Shown here: positions 26,930 through 37,690 of the stretch, in pieces
Numbering within the stretch: the stretch's first letter is position 1
Layout: every line of letters begins with the position of its first letter
Origin: Rhina ancylostomus
Taxonomy: Eukaryota
Assembly (NCBI GenBank): GCA_030265395.1
Contig: JARFYF010000012.1
Location: 22,350,708-22,414,707, forward strand
Length of the DNA: 64,000 nt
Direction: 5' to 3'
Translations under genes and position numbers: made by a program
Notes under the pieces: generated by a model
Seen by the model: only the letters and a program-made list of their open reading frames with translations
The model's database searches: none
What the model was told of the DNA's origin: nothing

Positions 26930-27220
26930 GCTTCTGTGCCTACAGCCTCCTCCCTTCTAAAGTAAAAGCTACTTTTTTGACTCACTCTTCCCCTCCTAGT
27001 CTATGATCAACAACTCCATCTAATGATCCATTTAATTTAAACAATATTTTCACACGTCTCTCACATTCTCTGCTCTCAGTGTAATGACCCATCTATTGCC
27101 CATAAGTGCCTCTGAATTTATTCTTGTCCTATGACATAAATTGAATTCTTTTGTCCAAGCTTTCTCTCTCCTCAGAAATTGGTTGTTTTCACTGATGCTC
27201 TTGACCTTTCAACTAACTGC
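26930..27220 (+). mobile_element. L2 LINE fragment, decayed
   Basis: C/T-rich sequence including CTCTTGACCTTTCA (L-D-L-S of the L2 RT). Confidence 0.4.
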
Positions 27221-28649
27221 AGTCTTTTAGGAAATAATAGATGCTATCTTTAATGATAAGATTTAGATTAACTTGTCAAGCAATTAAAAATTTTGGCTTA
27301 AATTAACATTGCCTATATGCTATCTATGGCGACCCTATTAGCTACATTATCTGCATCTGAAATGTTTCCCTTAAATGCTGGATGCTTCAAGACCCTGTTT
27401 AGGTTCTCCATGTTCCAGCTGTTCACCATGTTTCCATTCATTTTGATCATTTTTGCTCTTACATAGGTCTTTCCTTAAACACATGTATTTGTTCTCCTTG
27501 TCTATCAATTGTCAATTTATCCAATCTTGTCCTTTCTTTCATGAGGGTATCACTATGCTGATTTTAGTAGTAAAAGGTGTTGCCTATAATAAAGCAGAAC
27601 AGCACGCACATTCAGAAACATTTGCCAGCTTTAAGCTTTGGACTAATTGCCAAGGTGGCTATGAATGTGACAAAATGTACTTGAATAAATGAATGTAATT
27701 ACCAAAATATACAGACGTTGAGTTCTCCAGCTTTTGATCTATGCTATGACTCAACTGAAAATATTTAGTCTGGGAGAATTTTCTGAGTTATGTAACATAT
27801 GTAAAGATTATTGCCTTGATTTTGTACAGAAGAACTGTCTGTGAGTTAAATAAAGAGAATATGAACAGCTGATACCATTCATTATGTTAATCTTCAACAT
27901 ACCATTAAACTTGGAGAATGTTGTACTTGGGAACAGGATACCTCTGAGGCTGTGCCAGAAATTATTATGCACAGCATCATGACATTTGAATCACAAATTT
28001 TAAAACCAAAAGTTTCTAGATTTCTACATTCTCAGGAAGCAAGGTTATAATAGTAAAAATTACTTAATATAACACAATCACTGAAGTGGTTGAATACTGA
28101 TTTCATGTAATGTTACAAAATTTGTTTCATTACTTTAACTTTTATGATTAGAACTATAAAGCACTTTGCAGCTTAAAATGGTTTCACAATGCCAGATATA
28201 AAAACTGCTCCAGTATGTATTTTTTGTAACAAACAACATAGTAATGCAAAATACCAACTTGCAAAATAGTCCCAGCAACAAAATTGTCTGAAAACTCTTT
28301 GATCAAGTTGCAGTCATTTTAACATCAACAAATTGCAATGATTCATACAATTTTAATGGACTTTGAAACATGAACAACCTAAACTTTTTTGTCAAGAGCA
28401 GAGATCCATAAAGAATGATTCTTCTGATGTGGCACAGCCTCCTAGTCTGCTTTCCTCTGGTGTGTGATGGACAATAGAATCCGGTGGGAATGCAAATTGG
28501 GAAGATCAACAGGAGGACATTGATCTGATGCCTCTCTCCCAAAACTAACATTAAAATGGTTTCCTCTAATACAAACGAATTTGGGGAAATCTACTAACTA
28601 AAAATGAGGATAGTACTTCCTATCAGCAAATATGAATATAGATATAAAT

Positions 28650-28950
28650 ATACGAATTATGAGCAGAAGTTGACAACTGAGCCCTCAAAGCCTGCTCCAC
28701 TGCCTAATAAGATCACAGCTGATCTGAACTCAACTCCATATTCCTGTCTACCTGCAGTAACCTTTCACCCTCTTGCTTAGTAATTATCTATCTACCCATG
28801 TCTTAAAAAATATTCAAAAACTTTGCTTCCAGGGAGAAATTTCCAAAGACTCATGACCCTCTGAGAGCAAATAAAATCACTACATCTTAGCCTCCCAAGA
28901 TCTAGACCTTCCCACAAGAAGAAACATTCCCTCCATATTCCACCCCCACC
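28650..28950 (-). mobile_element. CR1 LINE 3' end
   Basis: AGCCTGCTCCACTGCCTAATAAGATCACAGCTGATCTG...CTCAACTCCATATTCC is the reverse complement of a common elasmobranch CR1 3' UTR; a + strand relative lies at 62500-62680. Confidence 0.8.
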
Positions 28951-28984
28951 CAGATCTTATGTGTTTCAATCAGTATAATTCGAA

Positions 28985-29185
28985 AAGAAGAGACTGCGGA
29001 TGCTGGAAACTGGAGCAAAAAACAAGCTGCTTGAGACATTCAGCAGCCCAGTCAGCATCCGTGGAGAGAAATGGACAGTCGACATTTCAGGTTGGGACCC
29101 TTCATTTGGATATGAAGGGTCCTGACCTGAAACGTTGACTGTCCATTTCCCTCCAGGAATGCCACCTGACCCATTGAGTCCAGGG
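28985..29185. mobile_element. Penelope-derived palindromic (inverted pseudo-LTR) element
   Basis: GGAGAGAAATGGACAGTCGACATTTCAGGTTGGGACCCTTCAT-ttggat-ATGAAGGGTCCTGACCTGAAACGTTGACTGTCCATTTCCCTCC forms a long imperfect inverted repeat. Confidence 0.85.
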
Positions 29186-30869
29186 AAAAGATGGGACAAA
29201 GATAATCATCTTTTTCCAAAAGTAGACAGAGAGGTTCCTTCTCCTGAATAATAGGACTCTTTATTCTGAAACACCTCCCTTATTTGTTCTGTTTAATCCT
29301 TTCTTTCCTTTTTTTTTGAAGACAGTTTTGATTTAATGGCGAGCGGTGATAGCAGACTACTTAAGCATCAGGCCCAATTTTATCCCCTGTAACCATCCAC
29401 AGCATATACATGAACTGTAATTAGAACTAGGAATTCTTTCCTTCACCACCATAATATGTTCAGGCCAATTGTGATATTTGCCTGGATCAGTTTCTCACCA
29501 CAGATTAAGACTTAAACTCAATGGGTTTGCATTGATGCATTGATTAATAGTGAAAGGTTTGCTTTGGATCCACCAGTGGGGACAATTGTTTTGTAAAACA
29601 GTATTATTTAGAAAAAAAGATGATTATGAAGACAAAGCAGTATAAAAATAAACCAAAATTGCCAAAGCTACCTTTATAAATACTTGTGCTAGGTCCAAGA
29701 ATGAGGCATCTGTCATCACTGCATCTTAAGAATCAAGTACAGAGATTTCTGATTAAATTTTATTATTTTGTGATTTATTTTTGTTAGGACACTAAGTGTT
29801 GATATCATCGCTCAGAGAATCAATCTGTGGGAGTCGCAAGCCAAAAAATATGTAGGTACTAAAACACTGAAGGAACAGAGAATACTGGAAATACTCAGCA
29901 GGTCAGACAGCATGAGTGGAAAGATAAGCAAATCTTCAGAAGTTATTTACATTGCTGAGTGTACAATAATCAACAGTAATGCAGTTTGTTATCTTGTAAT
30001 TGTGTCTTTTCAACTGTGTGTTTGCAATATATGTTGCAACATTCAGAGAAATTTCCTCAGGTGCTTAGATGCTGATTAAGGGATAAATTAACATTTCTGT
30101 GTTCTGGTCATGGATTGCACACAGCAATATTGACAGTTCCAGACAATATAAGCAGGAAAAGGTAAAGCTAATTCAATGTTTCAGCTATGCTTGGTGCATG
30201 GTATCACAATCATTCTAAAGATAAACAAAATACTTCGTCAATGAATGATTAATTAGATCTCAGGCTAGTAAGTTTTTTTCCTACCAACTAATAAAGTTGT
30301 CTTTATTTTAATACCATTGAAATATATTGAAAAAGATTATAAAGTTCCTGGATTTTCTGATAATTTTTTATGAAAGTATGTAAGAGTTGTGCTTTAAAGT
30401 ATATTCCATTTTGGTGCCGTGCCACATTTCTAAGCCCACTAATAAGACACATCTGGACAGGATGATGAGCGACTGTTCCCTTCTGTTTTACTTCTTCTGT
30501 TTAGTTAATGATATTGCAAACTACTGTTTAATCTGTGGTTTGCATATCTGCAATATTCACTTTTTTATTGTTTTTGCTACTTTAATCAAACTGCTGAAAA
30601 TGTTAATTACAGATACCATTTACATACTGAGACACTAAAGGTACACAAGACTAAAAAGGTATTTGATTACAAACTCTTGGTATTTTCTATAAATTTCTTA
30701 TTTATTTATTTCCTATAAATAAATAAGAAACACCAATATCAAGTAAAATCAAAAAGTGTAGAAAAATGTAGAAAAATTTTAACAGGAAGACAAATTCATG
30801 CTCTGAGTTCAACACTTCTTCAAAATTGGATAACAAATCTGTCCTATGCCCAGCACATGAACAAAGAGG

Positions 30870-31500
30870 AAACTTAAAGACAACCAACAGCAACTTGACT
30901 ACAAGGTCTGAGCTGCAAGTGTATTTAATGGCAATGGCTGAAGGAGGGAATGAGCCTCCATCTTAAAAGTATCTTCAGTGGGTTTTCAATTGCAGTTGTG
31001 AATTGAGCCCTTGTAGCCCAATAGTCAGCTTACAACTGGAATAAAACTGCAAGGAAGGACTGGAGCAGAATAAAGGAATACTGACAGATGCTTAAATAGT
31101 GGGCACAGTACAGTTGTTTGGTGAGGGATTGCAATTCCTTTCAATTGATAAATATTGCAGGAAGGAATCAGTGGCCTCTGTAATACACTGGTTGACTGTA
31201 AGCTGTAAGAAGTAGATGATATCACCTAATGCTGCTGAAAAGCAGTTGATGGCATAAAAAGTGAGGATCACAGTTTCTTCAATGCTGCAGGTAGTGATGT
31301 CTGTGTCCTGGTCTGAAGCTGCAGCTGAGACTCAGGCAGGTAGAAACTACCTTCTTGATGAAACAGAGCCACCTCACGAATTACTCCTCTTTCAAGTTGA
31401 GCTAAGATGTGTTCTTGCTGAAAACTCCCTGTGCCTTTGGCTTCCTGTGCAGAGTTCTCTTCCTCCTCATCTGGCATCTCCTGCTTCCTCATGCATTTCT
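30870..31500 (-). pseudogene. Fossil PIF/Harbinger (HARBI1-like) transposase, N-terminal part plus fragments
   Basis: Minus-strand VFSKNTS*LNLKEE*FVRWLCFIKKVV, GDIIYFLQLTVNQCITEATDSF (31226-31161) and *LLGYKG (like WLLGDKGY), in Harbinger transposase order; stops and frameshifts. Confidence 0.75.
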
Positions 31501-33849
31501 TGCTGTTCCTAATGATTCCCTATTCCCTAACTCATCTGCTTCAAACTCCCCATGTTTTTAGCCAGACAATTTATGAGATAAAGAACTGTAAGCTGAACAA
31601 TAAGTAATCCATTTTGTCAGCGGAAACAGCAAACTTGCTTCTGCAGACAATGTAGATTGCAAATTTATTAAAACTCAACCACACCTGGAAATTAAAGCCA
31701 GAAATAGTGAGCAAGAAACTAGCATGCAAAAGTGGCATGATTCACTTAAATATACTGGGCTTCATGCCAGTAATGTCAAATTGAGCAGTGTGAGATCAAT
31801 GCGTGGCAGGCAAAGAACTACACGATGCAACGTATGGCTGCTCGCCTACCTCGATTATTCCTAACTTCAAAATCTGCCTTATGTGTACCCCTGATCCAGG
31901 TGCTACCACTAGTGTGGTGAGCTTTTCGCCTGATATTTTGGATTCCTTTTAAGCTGTGTGCTTAGGAAAACAGGTACAATTCAAATGAATTCTAATTTAA
32001 GCCATACTGCACTGTTGTCAAGGAATAACAACATTTTTACTAAAATTGTTTCCACGTTTTACAATATAATTTGAGAGCAGATTTGTAGTTTATGCAGAGA
32101 AACAAAGCAAGCACAATTTCAAAATCTTTTCAATGTTATTCATTTGGAACACAGTCCAAGCCGTAAGGAAACACTTCATTTATATCATTTAGGAAGGTCG
32201 ACTGGAGAGCCACTACCTCTTTCTTTGGAACCTCTAGGATGAGATACATGTGCTTAACTTTCTAGGGTCATAAGCAAATTAAATCACTTGCAGTTGCTGT
32301 AAAGTCCCAGAGGATTTGTGTCTGAACTGAGGTTTACAAGTGGTAACCTCTCCCCAGAGTACTGTACCATGAAAACATCTGGAGAATTCAAAGTCAGCAG
32401 ATAGCTGTGATTCTGCTTAATGTTTTGGTAAATATTTGTCTTGAACAAGGATCAGAAAACAAATAATCCTAATTTTGTAACCAGAATTATACTGTACATA
32501 TTATCTCTCATTTGGTGCTTCTTAAAATAAATTAATATATAAGCACTGTATCTATTAATTTCTGCTTACACTATATGATGTCAACCATACCAATATTAGA
32601 GATTCCTATTAAACCATTTTGGAACCAAGAGTCACCAACATTTACTTTTCCAAACTTACTTCAAATGTTTAAGTGGGCTCTAATTCAAATCACTCAGTGC
32701 CTAAATGTCCCTATTTTCAATTATACGATGCACGAAGAGTCAACCTGGGTTGTATGTGCTGGATGCTGTTTACTGAGTCCCTGGCCCCAGAAGAGGAGTT
32801 CCAGAGAAGTGATGCCTGCTCATTTGCATGAAACAAACTACACATGATACTGGTAGAATTCCAAATCACTGAGCAATTTCCCGTTCTTTTCAGCACAATT
32901 TGTCCTGTCTTATATCTCTGTGCTTCTTGTTTAACATTTTAACAGGTGTCAATCATTTTGCTGTTAGGTCTGTGAACGCACTGAGATATTAAAAGTCTTG
33001 GCCACTGAACTAAATTTTCATTTCACGGTCACCTGTCTGCCACAAGTTCTGCAGTCCACTGATCGAACAATAAGTTTTTTATCAAATCATTCAATGTTTG
33101 TGAGATATTAACAGGACAATTAAGTAGATGCACGTTCCCTGCCTCCTTTTGCCACCCCTCCTCCTGTACGTTGATTGCCAAGTGATGGTAAGGGGTGATC
33201 CCTCATGATGGTGAAGCTGTGGAATATCCAGTCTGTAACCGCAAGTCTGTATACCCGGTTAGCAGTGAACTACAAACTTCTTCCAAACCAGTGCGGGTAG
33301 CAGCAGCTTACTTTGCCAACTGTTACATGATGGCATTTGCCCACAGAAATGCATATAGGTTTCAAGATTTCCATACAAATGCAGATGTCCCAGTAATGCT
33401 GGCCGATTGCAGCCAACATTTCAATCTGGACGCTGCATGGGTGCAATAGTGGAGAAAAGGTTCAGTGGAATGTCCGAGCACTTAAACTGGGAGATCTCCT
33501 CTGGGATACTGCTCCATATTAGTCTTGACACATAATCCACAAACCAATTCATTTGAAAGATGATTTTAAGGTTTTGAGAAAGAATGGTAAGAAGAAAATA
33601 AGCTGTTGTAGCAGCTAACTACACTGAATAAAGACACAAGACACTTGTTTGGAGTCCAAGAGTCGAATGAATGACTGGGGTGCGCTGCCCCTTTANNNNN
33701 NNNNNNNNNNNNNNNNNNNNNNNNNNNNNNNNNNNNNNNNNNNNNNNNNNNNNNNNNNNNNNNNNNNNNNNNNNNNNNNNNNNNNNNNNNNNNNNTTTGA
33801 AGTCCAAGAGTCGAATGAACGACTGGGGTGTGCTGCCCCTTTAATAAAC

Positions 33850-34130
33850 ACAGTTCCCGCGCTGACGTCACGCACGGGTCACATGACCTTCCCGCGCGCA
33901 GGCTCCACTAGGCCAACGAAGAAGGAGTGCCCCGCGCCATCTTGTGTCAGAGCCTCTGACGACACTTGCGATCGAGGGAGCCGGTTCGTGAATGGTAAGT
34001 CGCCACACTGTGCTCTTTTAAGTATTTGCGCTTGACTTAAAAATACTTTTAAACAATTAAAAATATTAAGAGGGTTAAAGATTTTGTTTCCAACTTTTAA
34101 AATAATTCTGGTTTGCCCACGTGACTTGAC
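33850..34130 (+). promoter_or_regulatory. Small CpG-island promoter
   Basis: Only CpG-dense non-repeat patch seen. TTCCCGCGC x2 (33854, 33889; E2F-like), TGACGTCA (33863-33870; CRE), GGTCACATGACC (33877-33888; CLEAR/M-box), CGCCATCTTG (33935-33944; YY1), CACGTGAC (34118-34125). Confidence 0.85.
33930..33994 (+). other. Putative first exon of an unidentified gene, ending ATG|GTAAGT (start approximate)
   Basis: Consensus 5' splice site GTAAGT at 33995-34000 directly after ATG (33992-33994), at the edge of the CpG island where the sequence turns AT-rich. Confidence 0.7.
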
Positions 34131-34879
34131 TGGGACACTTGATGCAAGTGGCGCAGAAGGTTTATTCCCCAGGATTGTCTCTGCCAACAAGATTGGCCAT
34201 TCAGGATCAGGTAGATTTGTACCAATAATGTATGCAAGTGGTGAGTGCAGGCAGTTGGCCTCACTCAGTAATAACCAAGCCAACAAAACAGTAATTTTGA
34301 GAACTTCAAACATTTAATAAAGTTCTGACCATGAATTTTATCAATTAGTTCAGAGAGATGTGCTATCATTTTTGTGGAAGTTCTTACTTATTTAAGAGGT
34401 TGTTGTTTATAGACATACAAAGCAGAAAGGGGAAAAATAGTCACTAAAATATATAAATAAAATTTATCATAAGAAGGGAAACAGCCAGGGGATGGCAAAT
34501 CACCAAGCGATTCCTGTCTTCAAAATGGAAGACATTACTAATCTGGAAAATTGTAGAGCATTTAACTAAACATCAGTTGCAGAGTTGTAGTATATATCAG
34601 GAGGCTGAACTGAACAGTTGCCAAGCACAGTTGCAGAGACTGCAATGAAGGCAGCACAGCTTTTTCAAGTTGCCTGCTCATTATCATGACTTCTACATGT
34701 AATCTTTCTAACAAAATGTAGATTAATTATATGCATCAACAGAGGATTCAAGATTACAAGTTTTAGCACCAGTTAAAGATACCTGAATCCTTTAAAGGTA
34801 CTGTGAACCTCTTAAAGTGGAGATGCATAGTGGCTGGACCAGGTACTGATTGTTGATTAATCAGATTTGGTCTGAGAAA

Positions 34880-36010
34880 CAGTGTGGATTAGCACAGCAT
34901 GGGAAACAGTGGGTACTGAGATTTTTGGGATTTATGCTGGAAGCCTTGGTGGAAGTGAGAAGGAGAGGTGTCATGGATTTGGAAAGGGTCCAGGCACATG
35001 CTTAGAAAGCAATGGGTGAAGATAGATCGAGCCAGGAGTCCTTTATTGAGAATTTCAATGCAATTGCCACTAGAAGTTCAAAGACTTCACACGATTGATT
35101 ACATACCTGCCATGTCTTACCAGCCCCATCAGTAAACTCAGACTTCTCAATTCACCACTCTTTCACCACTCAATAACCAATGATCATTGTCAATTAGGAC
35201 TCATCCCCAACTTCCAAATGGTTCACCTCAACTTTATATGCCTGCTACAACTGTAAGTATCACATCCATATCTCATAGCTTGCACATACTGCCAGCTATT
35301 CAAACATTATGGCCACATCACCCACACATATTGCATGAAACACAAATTCCTCATTTTTGTAGGATAACCTAGCATGCAACTGGAGGCAGCAGGGGGTATG
35401 TGTAGGGAATAGTTGCACCTACATAAATTAACCATAACTGGATGATGCTGGCCATTACTGGATTTTTCATTATTGAATCAAGTCCAGCAGCTGGACTAAA
35501 GCTGTATCCTTCCATCTAATTATTACTCCCATGGCCAATATCTCCATATCCCACATTTTGTTCAGAATTACAATCTGCATGCACTCTGTATTTATCCCCA
35601 TTCCCCTCTCCCGCTGCTGCATCTTTCCCTTACACTTGTGCCCTTTCTATCTCAGTGCAAGAAGTACAAGAAGTGAAAAATTCCCAAACAGTGAAAAGAG
35701 CAACAAAAAGACAAAGGTGATGGCATCACATTCAGTTAATTGCTCAGTTATTGGCAGCACGTGGAATATAGAGGCTGGCATGGAGACAACACCTGCATGT
35801 GCTGAGATATCAGGCCATGGCTTGCAGCATGGAAGGGGGGTGGGGTAGTGGGCAAAGATGCCACAGGTGCCAGCTTGCCAGAGGCTAGACATGGTTCCTT
35901 TACAGAAAACTCCGATGACGACTTCATTGAGGAGAAGGGAACTGGTGAGTAGGCACAACAAAATGATGCTCTGTGAGACATGGTACCACCGTACAGGAGC
36001 CACAGGATAG
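34880..36010 (+). pseudogene. Fossil PIF/Harbinger Myb/SANT gene with remnant exon-intron structure
   Basis: LEALVEVRRR...HMLRKQWVKI (Myb/SANT-like) at 34.93-35.03 kb; acceptor TTTTTGTAG|GAT at 35362 (DNLACNWRQQ, like DKVAHNRRQQ); second acceptor TTTCTATCTCAG at ~35655 then an acidic/charged segment. Homologous to 13940-14760. Confidence 0.65.
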
Positions 36011-36234
36011 CAACACAGGCACGAAGGGAAAGGACAACAATCATTGGTGTGATTTCATTCATAAAATTGATTGGTATATTTGTTTTGCAATGGCTTGCTT
36101 TTCTGCATTGGCACCAAGCAGACAATGTGATGGTTGTTAACAGGGGGAACTTAAAATGTGAACAGCTGATGTATAGGGACACAGACTTATTGTTATTGCA
36201 TGCAGATTGGTTCTGCATTGCTAGCCCAGGAAGA

Positions 36235-36340
36235 AACACAGAAACATAGAAAATAGCAGCAATGGGTCATTCAACCCTTCAGGTCTGCTTTGCCATTCGG
36301 TACGAATCATCCAAATTCGGTACCTTGTACCCGCTTCCAA
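36235..36340 (-). mobile_element. CR1 3' tail fragment
   Basis: GAAACATAGAAAATAG...GTCATTCAACCCTTC...CTGCTTTGCCATTC pattern. Confidence 0.65.
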
Positions 36341-36379
36341 AGAGGCAAGAAAGATAGCTAAACAAAAGGTAGCATGCGG

Positions 36380-36800
36380 CAGAAAGGTTTCCAAGGGTAT
36401 TATCAAAATTCGACAGATACCACCATCAATAAAGTTTAAACAGTTCCTTCTTTTCAGGAGACCTGATTAAAAGCTTTATGATTGTGACATGGTTTGACAG
36501 AGTGGATGTGTTTTTCTTTTGTATGAGAGCCCAGAACAAGGGCATAAATACAACATAGTCAAATCAAATAACAATTTTAGGTAGAATTTCCTTACACATA
36601 AAACCACGTGAGTATGGCACTTACTGTCAGTGGAGTGATGCCGGACAGCACTGATGCATTTAAGGCTGGTTTGATTCATATCAGAAAGAGAAGATGACAG
36701 GGAAAAACAGAAAGTGGAAAGTGAAAATGGGAGTTTGAGGAATCTTTGGTGGAGTGTAACATTAGCTGAATGGCCTGATTACATGCTATAGATTTAGTAT
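36380..36800 (+). mobile_element. Old CR1 3' fragment
   Basis: GGAGACCTGATTAAAAGCTTTATGATT...GGTTTGACAGAGTGGA...AGAACAAGGGGCATAAATA (GDLI...FDRVD...RTRGH) and tail GCTGAATGGCCTG. Confidence 0.7.
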
Positions 36801-37544
36801 GGAAAGGGTTACAGGGATTTCATCAGAATCCTATGTGTAATGAGCTCTGCTTTGATTGTGGCTGCTATGTGCACTGGGCCTTGTGCAGGGTGTTTTATGT
36901 GCCTTTCTGGGGTTGTTATTTTTTTGTGAGGTTCATTCTGCCAGTATTTCAACCTACCATGCAATCAGATTTCAGAGAAATTGTAGTAAAATTCACATTT
37001 TGTGTTTGGCCTAATATAAATAGCACTAACTGACAATTCTGTAAATTCCTATTGGAGGTAATAAAACAGAATTGCAATTATTTCCATTAAAAATAAATCA
37101 GAACAGAAATCTACTATTTGGTTAATAGACTAGGTACAGTATACTCTCTGAAATAGCAAGGGGAGTTGCCAATGCCTTATATAAATCTGACCAAGTCTTA
37201 GTTAATTAGTACTATCATCAAATTTTATGAGAAATATATTTGATTTGACTGATAGTATCAGAGTTTGAGCAGAAGCAGCCAAGAGGAAATATTGGTTGAA
37301 CTCAACTATTTTTATACAACAGATAACATGGCTGGTGGAGATTCCTGTATTTGTCTGCTAAATGCAGCACCAGAAAAAAAGACTTTGAAGAAGGGCAAAA
37401 TATTTATTAACCTCATTATGAAAGAAGAGCTAATATTTGAATCAGCTCAAATCAAATGTCTGCTTGGTTTAGTTTGCAACATGACTGTTTCTGAATAGAT
37501 TATCATGGGTTGAAGCTTTCACATGTAACCTACTTCACTGCAAT

Positions 37545-37690
37545 GCTGTCTGAATCTTTTCTCTTGGATAGGATGTTAAAATGAGAGTCCATCCGCCTGC
37601 TCACAGGTGTAAAAGATCACATTAAATTATTTGAAAATATATTTAAGATTTAACAAAATTTATCACTCAAGATACATGAGACCATCATTT
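37545..37690 (+). mobile_element. Deu-domain SINE (SacSINE1-like) fragment
   Basis: GGATAGGATGTTAAAATGAGAGTCCATCCGCCTGCTCACAGGTGTAAAAGATC resembles the DeuSINE core. Confidence 0.55.

Noticed and set aside
33908-33944. Minus-strand CAAGATGGCG as a Kozak start
   Set aside because: The frame closes after 10 codons (MARGTPSSLA*); better explained as a YY1 motif
34173-34210. Possible exon giving M-DCLC..., like the DLG4-alpha N-terminus
   Set aside because: Similarity ends after five residues and the splice sites are weak
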